A stretch of DNA of 64,000 bases from Chloroflexota bacterium (GTDB taxonomy: Bacteria > Chloroflexota > Dehalococcoidia > Lucifugimonadales > UBA3495). The notes below the pieces were generated by a model that made no database searches, had not been told where the DNA came from, and saw only the letters and a list, made by a program, of their open reading frames with translations. The DNA lies in NCBI GenBank assembly GCA_027623675.1, contig JAQBVF010000007.1:45675-109674 (forward strand). The letters are read 5' to 3'. The position numbers and the translations under genes are program-made. Positions 26,671 to 36,181 of the stretch are shown piece after piece (the first letter of the stretch is position 1; every line of letters starts with the position of its first letter).

Positions 26671-29193
26671 ATGACATCCGAGGTTATGTCGGACGGGATG
26701 ACTGCCCGGGAGCGGATAAGCGCCGAAGGGGCATGGGAAGTCGCCGCCTTCGTGGAACGCGCCTTACGTCCCACGGAGGGCTGGCTGGCGGCGGCGCTTC
26801 TGGCGCTGAACCTGGTGGTGGTCGTCATGTCGGTGGAGCAGGCCGATTGGACGCCTTCCCCGAACCTGATCAACGTGCTATTCCTGGCCATGCTCACCGG
26901 CCTGTTACTCTGCAGGATTCCCGTCTGGACCGCCGTTCTTCTGCCGGCGGGCGTGGCGGTGGGCTTCGGCATCATCCTCTGGCAGCTCTCCACCTTCAGC
27001 ATCGAAGGGGTCAGCGTGGGCGGAACGGGGCAGGTGCTGGAACGGTTGAGCCTTTGGCTGGAGGCGGCGCGTTCTGGCTCGATAAACATCGACCGTCTGC
27101 CATTTGCCTTCGCATTGATGTCGGCGACTTGGCTAACCGGGTTTCTTGGCGCCTGGTTGTTCCTGCGCTACCGAAACTTCTGGGGAGTTTTCGTCCTCGG
27201 CGGTATCGGGCTGCTTTCCAACCTGACGTTTCTGCCACCAAACGCCGCATTTCACCTTGGGTTCTACCTTTTCACGGCCCTGATGGTGGTGGGCCGGGTC
27301 CAATCGGTCCGGCGCAAGCATGAATGGGAACGGCGCTCCATGAGGGTGGATGAGCACCTTGGCATGCTGTCATTCTCGGACAGTTTCACCCTGGCGGTAC
27401 TGGTCATCTTGGTGGGGTTCCTGTTGCCTATCGCCCCCAAATGGGGCGTGGCAAACAACGCCTACGAGTCGATGCGCAGCCCCCTGGCCTCCATGGAGGA
27501 CGACTTCAACCGATTGTTCGCCGGACTGCCCGCTCGCAGGCCCCTGGGGTTTCGCATCTGGGACGACGTGATGGCCCTGCAGGGAAGCATCTACCCCACG
27601 ACCACCCAGGTTTTATGGGTGGACTCGCCGGCGGAGTTGTATTGGAAGGCCCGCACCTATAACACCTACACCGGGAAGGGCTGGTTCTCGGAACATACGA
27701 TCACCGAGCCGTTGGGATACGCCCCCGCGTTCACCTCGGGAAATATGGACCGCATGCGGTCCGAAGTCACCTATACCGTGAGTCCCTTGTACGAATCCAA
27801 GAAGCTGTTCACCGGGGACCAAGTTTCAGATGTGGACCGGGATGTCTTGATCGAGACCCAGGCGCCGCCAGTCTTTTATATCGACGTGACCCGGCTGCGG
27901 AACGGGGAACCCCTTCCCGATTATCTGGACCAGTTGGGCGATGCGATTCTGCAGGCCGTGGAGAACGGTGGGACCGCACTGAGCGACGGCGAATTGGCCC
28001 AGGCGCTGCCGCCCCAATTCCGGCTGGAATCCGTGGAGCGGGAGGCGGGTAGAGTGCTCCTGGTGCAGGTCATGGAGGCGCTGCCGCCGGTGGCCGAGGT
28101 CCTGGCGGTAAGCGCCCCCGAGGGCAAGATCAAGGTCGGAGAAGCCTATGCGGTTACATCGGCGATCCCATTGGCCACTCCGGAACAACTGCGGCAGGCG
28201 GGCACGGAATACCCGGCTTGGGTTTCAGAGCGCTACCTCCAACTGCCGCCTACGTTGCCCCAGCGGGTGCGTGACCTGGCTTCCCAAGTTGCCGACGATG
28301 AATCCACGCCCTACGGCAAAGCCGCCGCGGTGGAAGAATACCTGCAGATAACCTATCCGTACAACCTCCGGGTGAAACCGCCGCCCTTCAACGCCGACAG
28401 TGTGGACCACTTTCTCTTCACGCTGCAAGAGGGTTACAGCGAATATTTCGGTTCCGCCATGACGATTATGCTGCGCACGTTGGGGGTGCCGGCCAGATTG
28501 GCGGTCGGTTACACCACCGGGGACCGGGTTGAGGGAAAAACCATCTTCGCCGTAACCGATAGCCACAGCCACGCCTGGGTGGAGGTCTATTTCCCCGGGT
28601 TCGGTTGGTTCCCCTTCGAGCCGACGCCCGGCGAAGCGCTGCCCGACGCCTATAAGCCGAAGTCCGAACACCAGCAATCCGGAATTGCAGGGCAGGTCGA
28701 TTTCGATCCATTCGACGAAGGCTGTTTCGACGATCTGGAATCTGAGTTCTGCGACGAGGAGGCCCAATCACTGACGGCATTTGAAGCCAGCGCCGACGGT
28801 GGCTGGAGCAGCCCAATCATCGGTCTCTGGCCTTGGATGCTGGGGGCCGCCGGGGGGCTGCTCTTGGTCTCCGGGTCCATCCTCTGGCTCTGGAGACGGT
28901 TACTGGCAGTGCCGAACAACCCCAGATTAGCCTTCCAACGCATGACCACCCTGGCATCTCTCGCGGCGGCGGGGCCGGCCGATTTCCAAACGCCCTACCA
29001 GTTTGGACGCCAACTGCAAGGGGTGCTGCCGGCGCAGCAAGTCCCAGTCTCGATAATAGTGTCTGCCTACGTCCGCAGCCGCTTCGGCAACAAAACCCAG
29101 ACGGCCAGCGAGCGGCGTTTGCAGGCGGTGGCGTGGCGGAGGCTGCGACTGCATCTGCTTTGGGCAGTCATCAGCCGTAGGGTCCGCGGTTAA
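26671..29193 (+). CDS. Membrane-anchored transglutaminase-like protein (TgpA type)
   Basis: Multiple N-terminal TM helices, YWKART Y..YTG.GW, VDHFLF..QEGYSEYF, GVPARLAVGY, HAWVEVYFPG.GW.PFEPTP. Start uncertain. Confidence 0.9.
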   Translation: MTSEVMSDGMTARERISAEGAWEVAAFVERALRPTEGWLAAALLALNLVVVVMSVEQADWTPSPNLINVLFLAMLTGLLLCRIPVWTAVLLPAGVAVGFGIILWQLSTFSIEGVSVGGTGQVLERLSLWLEAARSGSINIDRLPFAFALMSATWLTGFLGAWLFLRYRNFWGVFVLGGIGLLSNLTFLPPNAAFHLGFYLFTALMVVGRVQSVRRKHEWERRSMRVDEHLGMLSFSDSFTLAVLVILVGFLLPIAPKWGVANNAYESMRSPLASMEDDFNRLFAGLPARRPLGFRIWDDVMALQGSIYPTTTQVLWVDSPAELYWKARTYNTYTGKGWFSEHTITEPLGYAPAFTSGNMDRMRSEVTYTVSPLYESKKLFTGDQVSDVDRDVLIETQAPPVFYIDVTRLRNGEPLPDYLDQLGDAILQAVENGGTALSDGELAQALPPQFRLESVEREAGRVLLVQVMEALPPVAEVLAVSAPEGKIKVGEAYAVTSAIPLATPEQLRQAGTEYPAWVSERYLQLPPTLPQRVRDLASQVADDESTPYGKAAAVEEYLQITYPYNLRVKPPPFNADSVDHFLFTLQEGYSEYFGSAMTIMLRTLGVPARLAVGYTTGDRVEGKTIFAVTDSHSHAWVEVYFPGFGWFPFEPTPGEALPDAYKPKSEHQQSGIAGQVDFDPFDEGCFDDLESEFCDEEAQSLTAFEASADGGWSSPIIGLWPWMLGAAGGLLLVSGSILWLWRRLLAVPNNPRLAFQRMTTLASLAAAGPADFQTPYQFGRQLQGVLPAQQVPVSIIVSAYVRSRFGNKTQTASERRLQAVAWRRLRLHLLWAVISRRVRG

Positions 29194-29241
29194 GATAGAC
29201 GAACAGACTTCTTAAGATTTCCGACATGAAATAAGGAGAGC

Positions 29242-29754
29242 ATGGTGAAGGGCGACAAATACCACCTGGAAGAATTGCCCTTGGGTTGGATGGCGCTCTT
29301 AGCCGGGGCTGACGGCCTCAAGCGGGCGTCGCTCAAGCCAACACCCCAAGAAGCCCTGGAGGACTTGGGAACCGGCCTAGATGACGCAGAAGACGACCCA
29401 GAGGCGTTTACCCAGACGATCGAATGCCTGCACCGCTACGCCGATGGGGATATGACGGCGCTGGACCAGCTGGAATTGGACCTGTCTCGGGTCACCCCTT
29501 TCTTCAGGGCGGCCTGGAACGCCTGCCGCAGCATACCGCCAGGGGAGACCCGCAGCTATGCGTGGTTGGCCGCCGAAGCAGGCAGCCCACTGGCCATGCG
29601 GGCGGCCGGACAGGCCATGGCACGAAACAGGTTTTCGCTGATCGTACCCTGCCACCGGGTCATCGCCAGCGACGGCGGACTGGGCGGATACGGTGGCGGC
29701 GGATTGGGCGTTAAGGCCCGGCTGCTCCAGATGGAACTGGCGCGGCTGGAATGA
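29242..29754 (+). CDS. ogt: Methylated-DNA-protein-cysteine methyltransferase
   Basis: IPPGETRSY, RAAGQAMARN, VPCHRVI active-site motif; AAGGAG RBS. Confidence 0.93.
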   Translation: MVKGDKYHLEELPLGWMALLAGADGLKRASLKPTPQEALEDLGTGLDDAEDDPEAFTQTIECLHRYADGDMTALDQLELDLSRVTPFFRAAWNACRSIPPGETRSYAWLAAEAGSPLAMRAAGQAMARNRFSLIVPCHRVIASDGGLGGYGGGGLGVKARLLQMELARLE

Positions 29755-29823
29755 TTCCGTCAGCATAAACAATCAAACCGTTCCAGGAGCGCAGCGGCCT
29801 GATTTTTTACTCGCCTTAGGTCT

Positions 29824-30057
29824 CTAATCTAACCCGGTGTCCTTGGCGTTCTTTGGTTCTGATTCGACGCAGATCGGACAGAGCTGCCAGCAATTGAACA
29901 GACTGGCGACGCCCGGATACCCGCGCAAGGCAACGGACAGAAGCGTCGACACTCCAAGTGCAATCAGGACGATTGGCCAGACAGAAACGTCCGCTAGCGC
30001 CGCTATCCCGACTGCTGTTAGTACAAGTCCCCAAATAATCATTTGGCGCACTCCCAC
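29824..30057 (-). CDS. Small membrane hypothetical protein
   Basis: Two hydrophobic helices (IIWGLVLTAVGIAALA; VWPIVLIALGVSTLLSV). Confidence 0.5.
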   Translation of the reverse strand: MGVRQMIIWGLVLTAVGIAALADVSVWPIVLIALGVSTLLSVALRGYPGVASLFNCWQLCPICVESEPKNAKDTGLD

Positions 30058-30166
30058 ATCAGGCTTGTCAACCGTATTCTACCAGAAACGGCCTTCGCGC
30101 TTCCGAGGCATTCCCGCCATCGCTATACTAATGAGCGGCAATAATTCGGTCCCAAGGAGTAGACCA

Positions 30167-31042
30167 GTGGACGGCCACCAAAACGGAGCCCCGCCCAGCG
30201 AGCATTGGGCTGAGATAGGTGAACTGCAGGTCCGGTACCTGGATTGGGGCGGTGACGGCGCGCCCCTGTTGGCCCTGCACGGCCTGGCATCCACGGCCCA
30301 TTGGTACGACATCGTGGCTCCCCTGCTACGGGACCGCTACCGGACGATTGCCCCGGACCAACGGGGGCACGGCCAGACGACCGCGGCGCCCAGCGGCTAC
30401 GATTGGCGGACGCTGTCTGACGACCTGGCCCGGCTGCTCGACCACGTTGGACTGGACAAGGTCTCGGTGATGGGCCATTCCTGGGGCGGCAACGTGGCGA
30501 CCAACTTCGCCGCCAACCATCCCAGCCGGGTGGAGCGCCTGATCATGATTGACGGCGGGTTCTTGGACTGGACGCTGTTCCCCGACGCAACCTGGGAGTC
30601 TTTTTCCCACCGGGTGCGGCCCAGAGACGTGACCGGAAACCGGAACGAATTCCTAGATCGTCTGCGCAACCAGATGGGAGTGATTTGGAACAGTGAGATA
30701 GAGCGCATCGTCCAGACGATGGTTTACGAAGATGACAAAGGCCAGATCCAGGATATCTTGCGTGCCGAGAACCATACGCAGGTGATCCGAGCCATGTGGG
30801 ACGAACCGGCATCCACCACGCTGCCCAGGATTGAATGCCCCACTTTGGTGGTGCCTGCCGGTCCAACGCCCGAGCGCGCCGGCACTGATTTCGCTGAAGC
30901 GCGCCGCCGGATGGTCGAAGCCGCTGCATCAAGCCTCAAGAATGGCCGGGTATATTGGGTGCCGGAAACGATCCACGACATCGGCTACCACAAGCCCCAA
31001 GAATTGGCGCAGGTCATTGGCGACTTCTTATCGGAAGGGTAG
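30167..31042 (+). CDS. Alpha/beta fold hydrolase
   Basis: LHGL, DQRGHG, GHSWGG nucleophile elbow, His near the C-terminus; GTG after AAGGAG. Confidence 0.92.
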   Translation: MDGHQNGAPPSEHWAEIGELQVRYLDWGGDGAPLLALHGLASTAHWYDIVAPLLRDRYRTIAPDQRGHGQTTAAPSGYDWRTLSDDLARLLDHVGLDKVSVMGHSWGGNVATNFAANHPSRVERLIMIDGGFLDWTLFPDATWESFSHRVRPRDVTGNRNEFLDRLRNQMGVIWNSEIERIVQTMVYEDDKGQIQDILRAENHTQVIRAMWDEPASTTLPRIECPTLVVPAGPTPERAGTDFAEARRRMVEAAASSLKNGRVYWVPETIHDIGYHKPQELAQVIGDFLSEG

Positions 31043-31059
31043 AGGGTTCATTCCAAAGG

Positions 31060-31315
31060 TTCATCATGAGCAACACGGTAGAGGGCGGATGCCGTCATTT
31101 CAGGGGAAGTCGAAATGGCGGTCGTGCCGAGCAACCACACTCGCGAGTTGTCATTCTGATCCTTCCGCAGAAGGAGAAGAATCTCTTTGCTTGACTTCAA
31201 GGTTGCTATCGAACCGCGGGACCGGAGGTTGGCTGCCCATCAGGGACGTAATTCCTCTCTTCGTTCGGAATGATGAAGGCAGCGGCATCCACCCAGCAGA
31301 CTCCGGAATGACTCA
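31060..31315. repeat. Dispersed ~255-bp MITE-like element, family A, copy 2
   Basis: Colinear with 19112-19367. Confidence 0.9.
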
Positions 31316-31498
31316 GGTACTTTTGCCAGGCGAACAGGCCCCAGCCAAGCCCCTGGTTGTCGACCGCTTTAGCAGTCTCCATGGAGATATTGGTCAACTC
31401 GGCATAGGGCTCCGCTTCCGCGCCGGCGTCTTTGGGTGTCCGGGCGGTCAGTGTGGCAGGGTCCAAGGATCGGCTTGGGTATGCCGTCAGACCAGTGA

Positions 31499-34400
31499 TT
31501 AAAAAGGAGGCTCGTCGGCAGCCGATTCCGCACCGACCGGCACGGATATCTTTGCTTCCTCTTCCATGCCCAACCCAGCCGGAGCCTCTGCCATTGCCGC
31601 TGGAGCTGCCTGGGGCGAATCTATGGATTCTGTAAGCCCGGGAGTATTTACCGGTTCCATTTCCGCTGAGACATCAGCCTGAATCGGCGCTTCTGCGGCA
31701 GATTTGTCGGGGGCCGGCGCTGCAGTAGCCTGTGGTGCGGGTTCAAGAGGCATGGTCACCGGGACTTCCTCCGGCGGCTCCATCCCCAAGCCCAACTCCT
31801 GATGGACCGTCACCGTATCGGGGCCCAACAGGTCTTCCAGGCGGGTTTGCAGAGCGTCACAATAGCCCGTGCTAACTACCGGCAGGTCCATACGGACCCG
31901 TTTCTCTCCGGTGCGGATGTCCAGGTTCACCCGGTCGCGGCCAGGATATTCCAGCAATACTCCGATAACCTCCCGCAACAGGTAGGCGTCGTGGCTAGCA
32001 TCGTCGGACTCGGTTACCGCAAGCCGCACCACCTTTTGGGGCGTGGCTGGAATGATATTGCCTGTGGTCATCTGCGCCTTCTTTTCACTTATGTTAGTTC
32101 TGTTGGAACCGTTTGAGCCCCCGGCATTGTTTATCCCGTTGCCGTTCTTCTGGCCATTACCGTTGTTGTAGCCGTTGCCGTTCTGGCCGTTCCCGTTCTT
32201 ATAGCCGTTATAGGGTTTTCCCGCCGCCGGGGTTGCCAGCGGGTTCTCTGGGTCAAACTCAAGAGCGCCGTCGCAGGCGAGAGACATCTGGTCCCCGCGC
32301 AAACGCAGCCGGCCGGCCACCCGCACCAGGCGGCCATCCTCCCAGACATCCGAGGTACGGACCAGGGTGTCGGGCCAGACCATGACCTCCAAAAAACCGC
32401 CCAGGACCTCAAGGTTCACGATGTAGAATCGCTTCCCTTCCTTGGTGCTGCGTTCCGTGATAGACGAGATATAGCCAACCATGTCGATCGACTGCCCGGA
32501 CATCTCATCGGTCAACTGGTCCAGAGAGTTGAGGGCCCCGCCAGTGTCCATTGAACTCAGCGCGCTGAGCGGGTTGTGGGAAAGTGTCATGCCCAGCAAT
32601 TCCCGCTCCCAGGCCGCTTTCTCCTGGTCGGAAACGTCGGGGGCGTTGAGAGTGATCCCGCTCATACCGCCGCTGGTGCTCACCTCTTCATTGCCGTCGA
32701 ACATGCTGCTCTGGCCGGAATCGCGGGTGCGGGCCTCCCGTTGAGCGGTAGCGGCGATCTGGTCCAGGGCTCCCATCACCGCGCCCCTGCTGGCCAGACT
32801 GTCGAATGTTCCGGCCTTGGCCATGCTCTCCAGGATGCGCCGGTTCAGCCCGGAAGCTCCGGCCCGGCGGCAGAAATCATCGATGGACCGGAACGGCCCG
32901 TTGGTCTTTCGTTCTTCGACCACCGGCCGGATAGCGCCCTCGCCCACCGTCTTTATCGCGGCCAAACCGATCCTCAGACCTGGACCGCTGAATGCGGTCC
33001 CGTCGCCAGATTGGGAATCGCCGGTTTGGGTGTCTATCGAGAAGAACTCCTCGGACCGGTTGATATCCGGCAGCAATATGGGGATATTCAACCGGAAGCA
33101 CTCGTTCATGGATGTGAGGGTCTTCTCCGGGTTGTCCAGCCGCGAGTTGAGCACCGCCGCCATGTATTCGACCGGGTAATGCTGCTTGAAGTAGCCCGTC
33201 CAGTACGAGATCAGGGCGTAGCTGACGCTATGGGCCTTGTTGAAGGCGTATCCGGCGAACGGCTCAATGAGATCGAATATCTCGATCGCCACGTCTTCGC
33301 CGAAGCCCTTGGCGCTCGCGCCCGCCACGAAGTTGACCCGCTCTTCGGCCATCATCGAGGCGATCTTCTTGCCCATGGCTTTGCGCACGATGTCGGCCGA
33401 CCCCAGGGTGTAACCGGCGAACTGCTGCAAAATCAACAAAACCTGGTCCTGGTAGACGATGACGCCGTAGGTCTCATCCAGCAGCTCTTTGAAGCTGGGA
33501 TGCGGGTAGGAGATGGGCTTGCGGCCGTGCTTGGCATCGATGAACGTTTCGATGTTTTCCATGGGACCGGGGCGGTAAAGGGCGATCATGGCCGCGATGT
33601 CGCCCAGGTTGGACGGCTTCAGCTCTCGGATATAACGCTGCATCCCCGCGCTTTCAAGCTGGAACAGGTCGGTGGTGTTCCCGGATGAAAGCAATTCGTA
33701 GGTGGGGGCATCGTCTAGAGGCAGTTTTTGCAGGTCTATCTGGACTCCCTGGTTCTTCTCCACCAGCTTGACGGCCCGGTCGAGGATGGTCAGGTTGGTC
33801 AGCCCCAGGAAGTCCATCTTCAGCAGGCCCAGGTGAGCCACCGGGTCCATCGAGTACTGAGTCATCAGCACCGGGCTGCTCTCGTCGCCCCGGGCGGGTC
33901 TTTGCAGAGGCACCGTCTCGGTCAGTGGCTCATCGGCGATCAATACGCCAGCGGCATGGGTGCTTACGTGGTGGACGATACCCTCCAGCCCTTGGGCATT
34001 GATAACCAGCTTGGCGACGTCGGGTTCCTGCTCGTAGGCCGTCTTCAACTCAGCGCTAACGCGCAGGGCGTCGTCCAAGGTGCGGGCCTTCAGGGGGACC
34101 ATGCGGGCGATTCGGTCTACTTCGCTATAACCCATGCCCAACGCCCGGCCCACGTCCCGGAGCGCCGCCTTGGCGCCCAACGTGCCAAAGGTGATTATCT
34201 GGGCCACGCGGTCATTGCCGTAGCGGTTGATCACGTAATGCAGGACTTCGTCGCGGCGGTCATCCTGGAAGTCCAGGTCGATATCCGGCATCTCTTTGCG
34301 TTCCATGTTGAGGAAACGCTCGAAAACCAGACGGTACTCCATGGGGTCGACTTCGGTGATGCCCAAGCAATACAGGGCCACGCTGGCGGCGGCGCTGCCG

Positions 34401-35461
34401 CGCACACCGTACATGATGTTGTTCTTACGGACGAAGTCGATGATGTCCCACACCACCAGGAAGTAGTTGGCGAATTGGGTGTGGCGTATGACGTCGAGCT
34501 CGTAGCTGAGCCGGTCCCGGTCTTCAGCCCTGGGATGTGGGTAGAGGCGCCGAAAGCCCTCTTCGCACAACTGGGCCAGGTACTCGTCGGCGTCCATGCC
34601 GTTGGGCGTTGGGTATTTGGGCAGGTGGGTCTGGCCGAAGTCCAACTCCACGTTGCACATATCGGCCACGAGCTGAGTGTTTTCCAGGGCCGGTATAAAA
34701 TCGGGGAAGAGTTGGGCCATCTCCCCCGGACTCTTGATGTAGTAGGAGTTATCCTCCATTCGGAGGCGTTTCTCGTCGTGGATCGTGGTGCTTGTCTGGA
34801 TGCAGATGTAGATGTCCTGCAACGGGGAGTCGGCCTGATTGACGTAATGGGCGTCGTTGGTGACGATCAGCGGCAGGTCCAGCTTCTTGCCCATGGTGAT
34901 CAGTCCCTCGTTGATCCGGGGCAATTGGGGGACGTGCTCGTGGCGCTGGATCTCCAGGAAGTAGCCGTCTCCGAAGCGCTCTTTGTACCAACCGGCAGCC
35001 TTGGCGGCAGCTTCGTCGTTGCCGTCGGCGATCAGGCGCGGGACCTCGGCCGATGGGCAGGCGGAGAGGACGGCCAAGCCCTGGCCAAATTCCTCGAGAA
35101 GACCCTTGTCGATACGGGGGCGGTAGTGGAATCCGTCAACGTGGGCCTTGGTGACCAACTGCATCAGGTTGCGGTAGCCGGTGTTGTCCCGGGCCAGCAG
35201 GACCAGATGGTTGGGGCTGCGCTCTGAGGGGTCTTTGTCGAAGCGGCTGTTGTGGGCAACGTATACTTCACAGCCGATGATCGGCTTGATGCCCACGTCT
35301 TTACACGCCGAGTAGAAGTCGACCACGCCGTAAAAAGTGCCATGATCGGTGATGGCCAGGGCATCCATCCCCAGTTCCTTGGTGCGCGCCACCAGGTTGG
35401 GAATCCGGCTGATGCCGTCCAGCATGCTGTATTCGGTGTGAACGTGAAGGTGCGTGAACAC
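31499..35461 (-). CDS. dnaE: DNA polymerase III alpha subunit
   Basis: FTHLHVHTEYSMLDG (PHP domain), RGSAAAS, FERFLN.ER..PDIDLD, STHAAG, KMDFLGL, YAFNKAHS, OB fold; GTG start after GAGGGG. Confidence 0.98.
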   Translation of the reverse strand: MFTHLHVHTEYSMLDGISRIPNLVARTKELGMDALAITDHGTFYGVVDFYSACKDVGIKPIIGCEVYVAHNSRFDKDPSERSPNHLVLLARDNTGYRNLMQLVTKAHVDGFHYRPRIDKGLLEEFGQGLAVLSACPSAEVPRLIADGNDEAAAKAAGWYKERFGDGYFLEIQRHEHVPQLPRINEGLITMGKKLDLPLIVTNDAHYVNQADSPLQDIYICIQTSTTIHDEKRLRMEDNSYYIKSPGEMAQLFPDFIPALENTQLVADMCNVELDFGQTHLPKYPTPNGMDADEYLAQLCEEGFRRLYPHPRAEDRDRLSYELDVIRHTQFANYFLVVWDIIDFVRKNNIMYGVRGSAAASVALYCLGITEVDPMEYRLVFERFLNMERKEMPDIDLDFQDDRRDEVLHYVINRYGNDRVAQIITFGTLGAKAALRDVGRALGMGYSEVDRIARMVPLKARTLDDALRVSAELKTAYEQEPDVAKLVINAQGLEGIVHHVSTHAAGVLIADEPLTETVPLQRPARGDESSPVLMTQYSMDPVAHLGLLKMDFLGLTNLTILDRAVKLVEKNQGVQIDLQKLPLDDAPTYELLSSGNTTDLFQLESAGMQRYIRELKPSNLGDIAAMIALYRPGPMENIETFIDAKHGRKPISYPHPSFKELLDETYGVIVYQDQVLLILQQFAGYTLGSADIVRKAMGKKIASMMAEERVNFVAGASAKGFGEDVAIEIFDLIEPFAGYAFNKAHSVSYALISYWTGYFKQHYPVEYMAAVLNSRLDNPEKTLTSMNECFRLNIPILLPDINRSEEFFSIDTQTGDSQSGDGTAFSGPGLRIGLAAIKTVGEGAIRPVVEERKTNGPFRSIDDFCRRAGASGLNRRILESMAKAGTFDSLASRGAVMGALDQIAATAQREARTRDSGQSSMFDGNEEVSTSGGMSGITLNAPDVSDQEKAAWERELLGMTLSHNPLSALSSMDTGGALNSLDQLTDEMSGQSIDMVGYISSITERSTKEGKRFYIVNLEVLGGFLEVMVWPDTLVRTSDVWEDGRLVRVAGRLRLRGDQMSLACDGALEFDPENPLATPAAGKPYNGYKNGNGQNGNGYNNGNGQKNGNGINNAGGSNGSNRTNISEKKAQMTTGNIIPATPQKVVRLAVTESDDASHDAYLLREVIGVLLEYPGRDRVNLDIRTGEKRVRMDLPVVSTGYCDALQTRLEDLLGPDTVTVHQELGLGMEPPEEVPVTMPLEPAPQATAAPAPDKSAAEAPIQADVSAEMEPVNTPGLTESIDSPQAAPAAMAEAPAGLGMEEEAKISVPVGAESAADEPPF

Positions 35462-35711
35462 TGATCCCCTCGGCCTCCCCACAAGATGCGCCGGTCCGGT
35501 GCTCATCACACTCCGGTGCGCATAACGCCAAGACAGGGCAACAGATCCAGCCGTTCCCCGTTCCGTGGCATTGGCTATTATAACCCCTGTTCATCGGGAA
35601 CGAGCCGCCGAATCCGCAGTTTATCCCCAGATTTCCGGTTGACTTATCGACTCCCTGCGACGCCCCTGTGTTTGGTGAAACCAGGTTTGTGCCCAGACCG
35701 CAAGTTCCCAC

Positions 35712-35759
35712 AAAAAGCTATCGGCCGACCCCTACCAATGTGGAGGGACCGGCCGATAG
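35712..35759 (-). terminator. Intrinsic terminator of the small Zn-ribbon gene
   Basis: CTATCGGCCG...CGGCCGATAG, followed by CTTTTT on the minus strand. Confidence 0.75.
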
Positions 35760-35798
35760 AGCCATCTATAAGTTCCAGAGTGCGGTTGTGGTCGCCGC

Positions 35799-36122
35799 TT
35801 AGGCCACAGACTCCATGCCGGCGTCGTCATCACCGGGGGCCGCGCCATCGTCTTCCCCATCATTGCCCGCTATCTCATCGTCATCCGAGGTCGACTCGGC
35901 GGTGGCGGAAGCCCCACTGGCCTTGCTGGCGCGGCTGTCGCCCCAAGTTGCGGACTCGACGTAGTTCTTGAATTCGCGCGTCTCGCCGCAGACCTGACAT
36001 GAGCCGTTGCTGACCGGACCGTCGGCGGGTTGGATAACCCAGTGGTGCCGGCACACGGCGACGGCCGCAGCGTCGGTGGTTTGTTCTTCAGTTTTGGGTG
36101 CTAGGGTGGTTTGTTGAGCCAT
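35799..36122 (-). CDS. Small Zn-ribbon-like protein with an acidic tail
   Basis: CRHHWVI...CQVCGETREFKN; GAGG RBS, with its own promoter and terminator. Confidence 0.82.
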   Translation of the reverse strand: MAQQTTLAPKTEEQTTDAAAVAVCRHHWVIQPADGPVSNGSCQVCGETREFKNYVESATWGDSRASKASGASATAESTSDDDEIAGNDGEDDGAAPGDDDAGMESVA

Positions 36123-36153
36123 AATTATTTCGCCTCAAATTGATGTTATCTAT

Positions 36154-36181
36154 ATTATACCCAAGTGGCCGATTTCGTCAA
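36154..36181 (-). promoter_or_regulatory. Near-consensus sigma70 promoter with AT-rich upstream region
   Basis: Minus strand TTGACG-N16-TATAAT; AT-rich tract at 36182-36270. Confidence 0.75.

Noticed and set aside
33728-35227. Long antisense ORFs (e.g. 499 aa opposite dnaE, 414 aa opposite the ACAD gene, 323 aa opposite the GMC gene, 279 aa at 63106-63945)
   Set aside because: Shadow ORFs expected from high-GC codon bias opposite well-supported genes.
31499-35461. Intein in DnaE to explain its length
   Set aside because: No C/S-start..HN-C splice motifs or LAGLIDADG blocks were seen; the extra length comes from low-complexity linker and tail.
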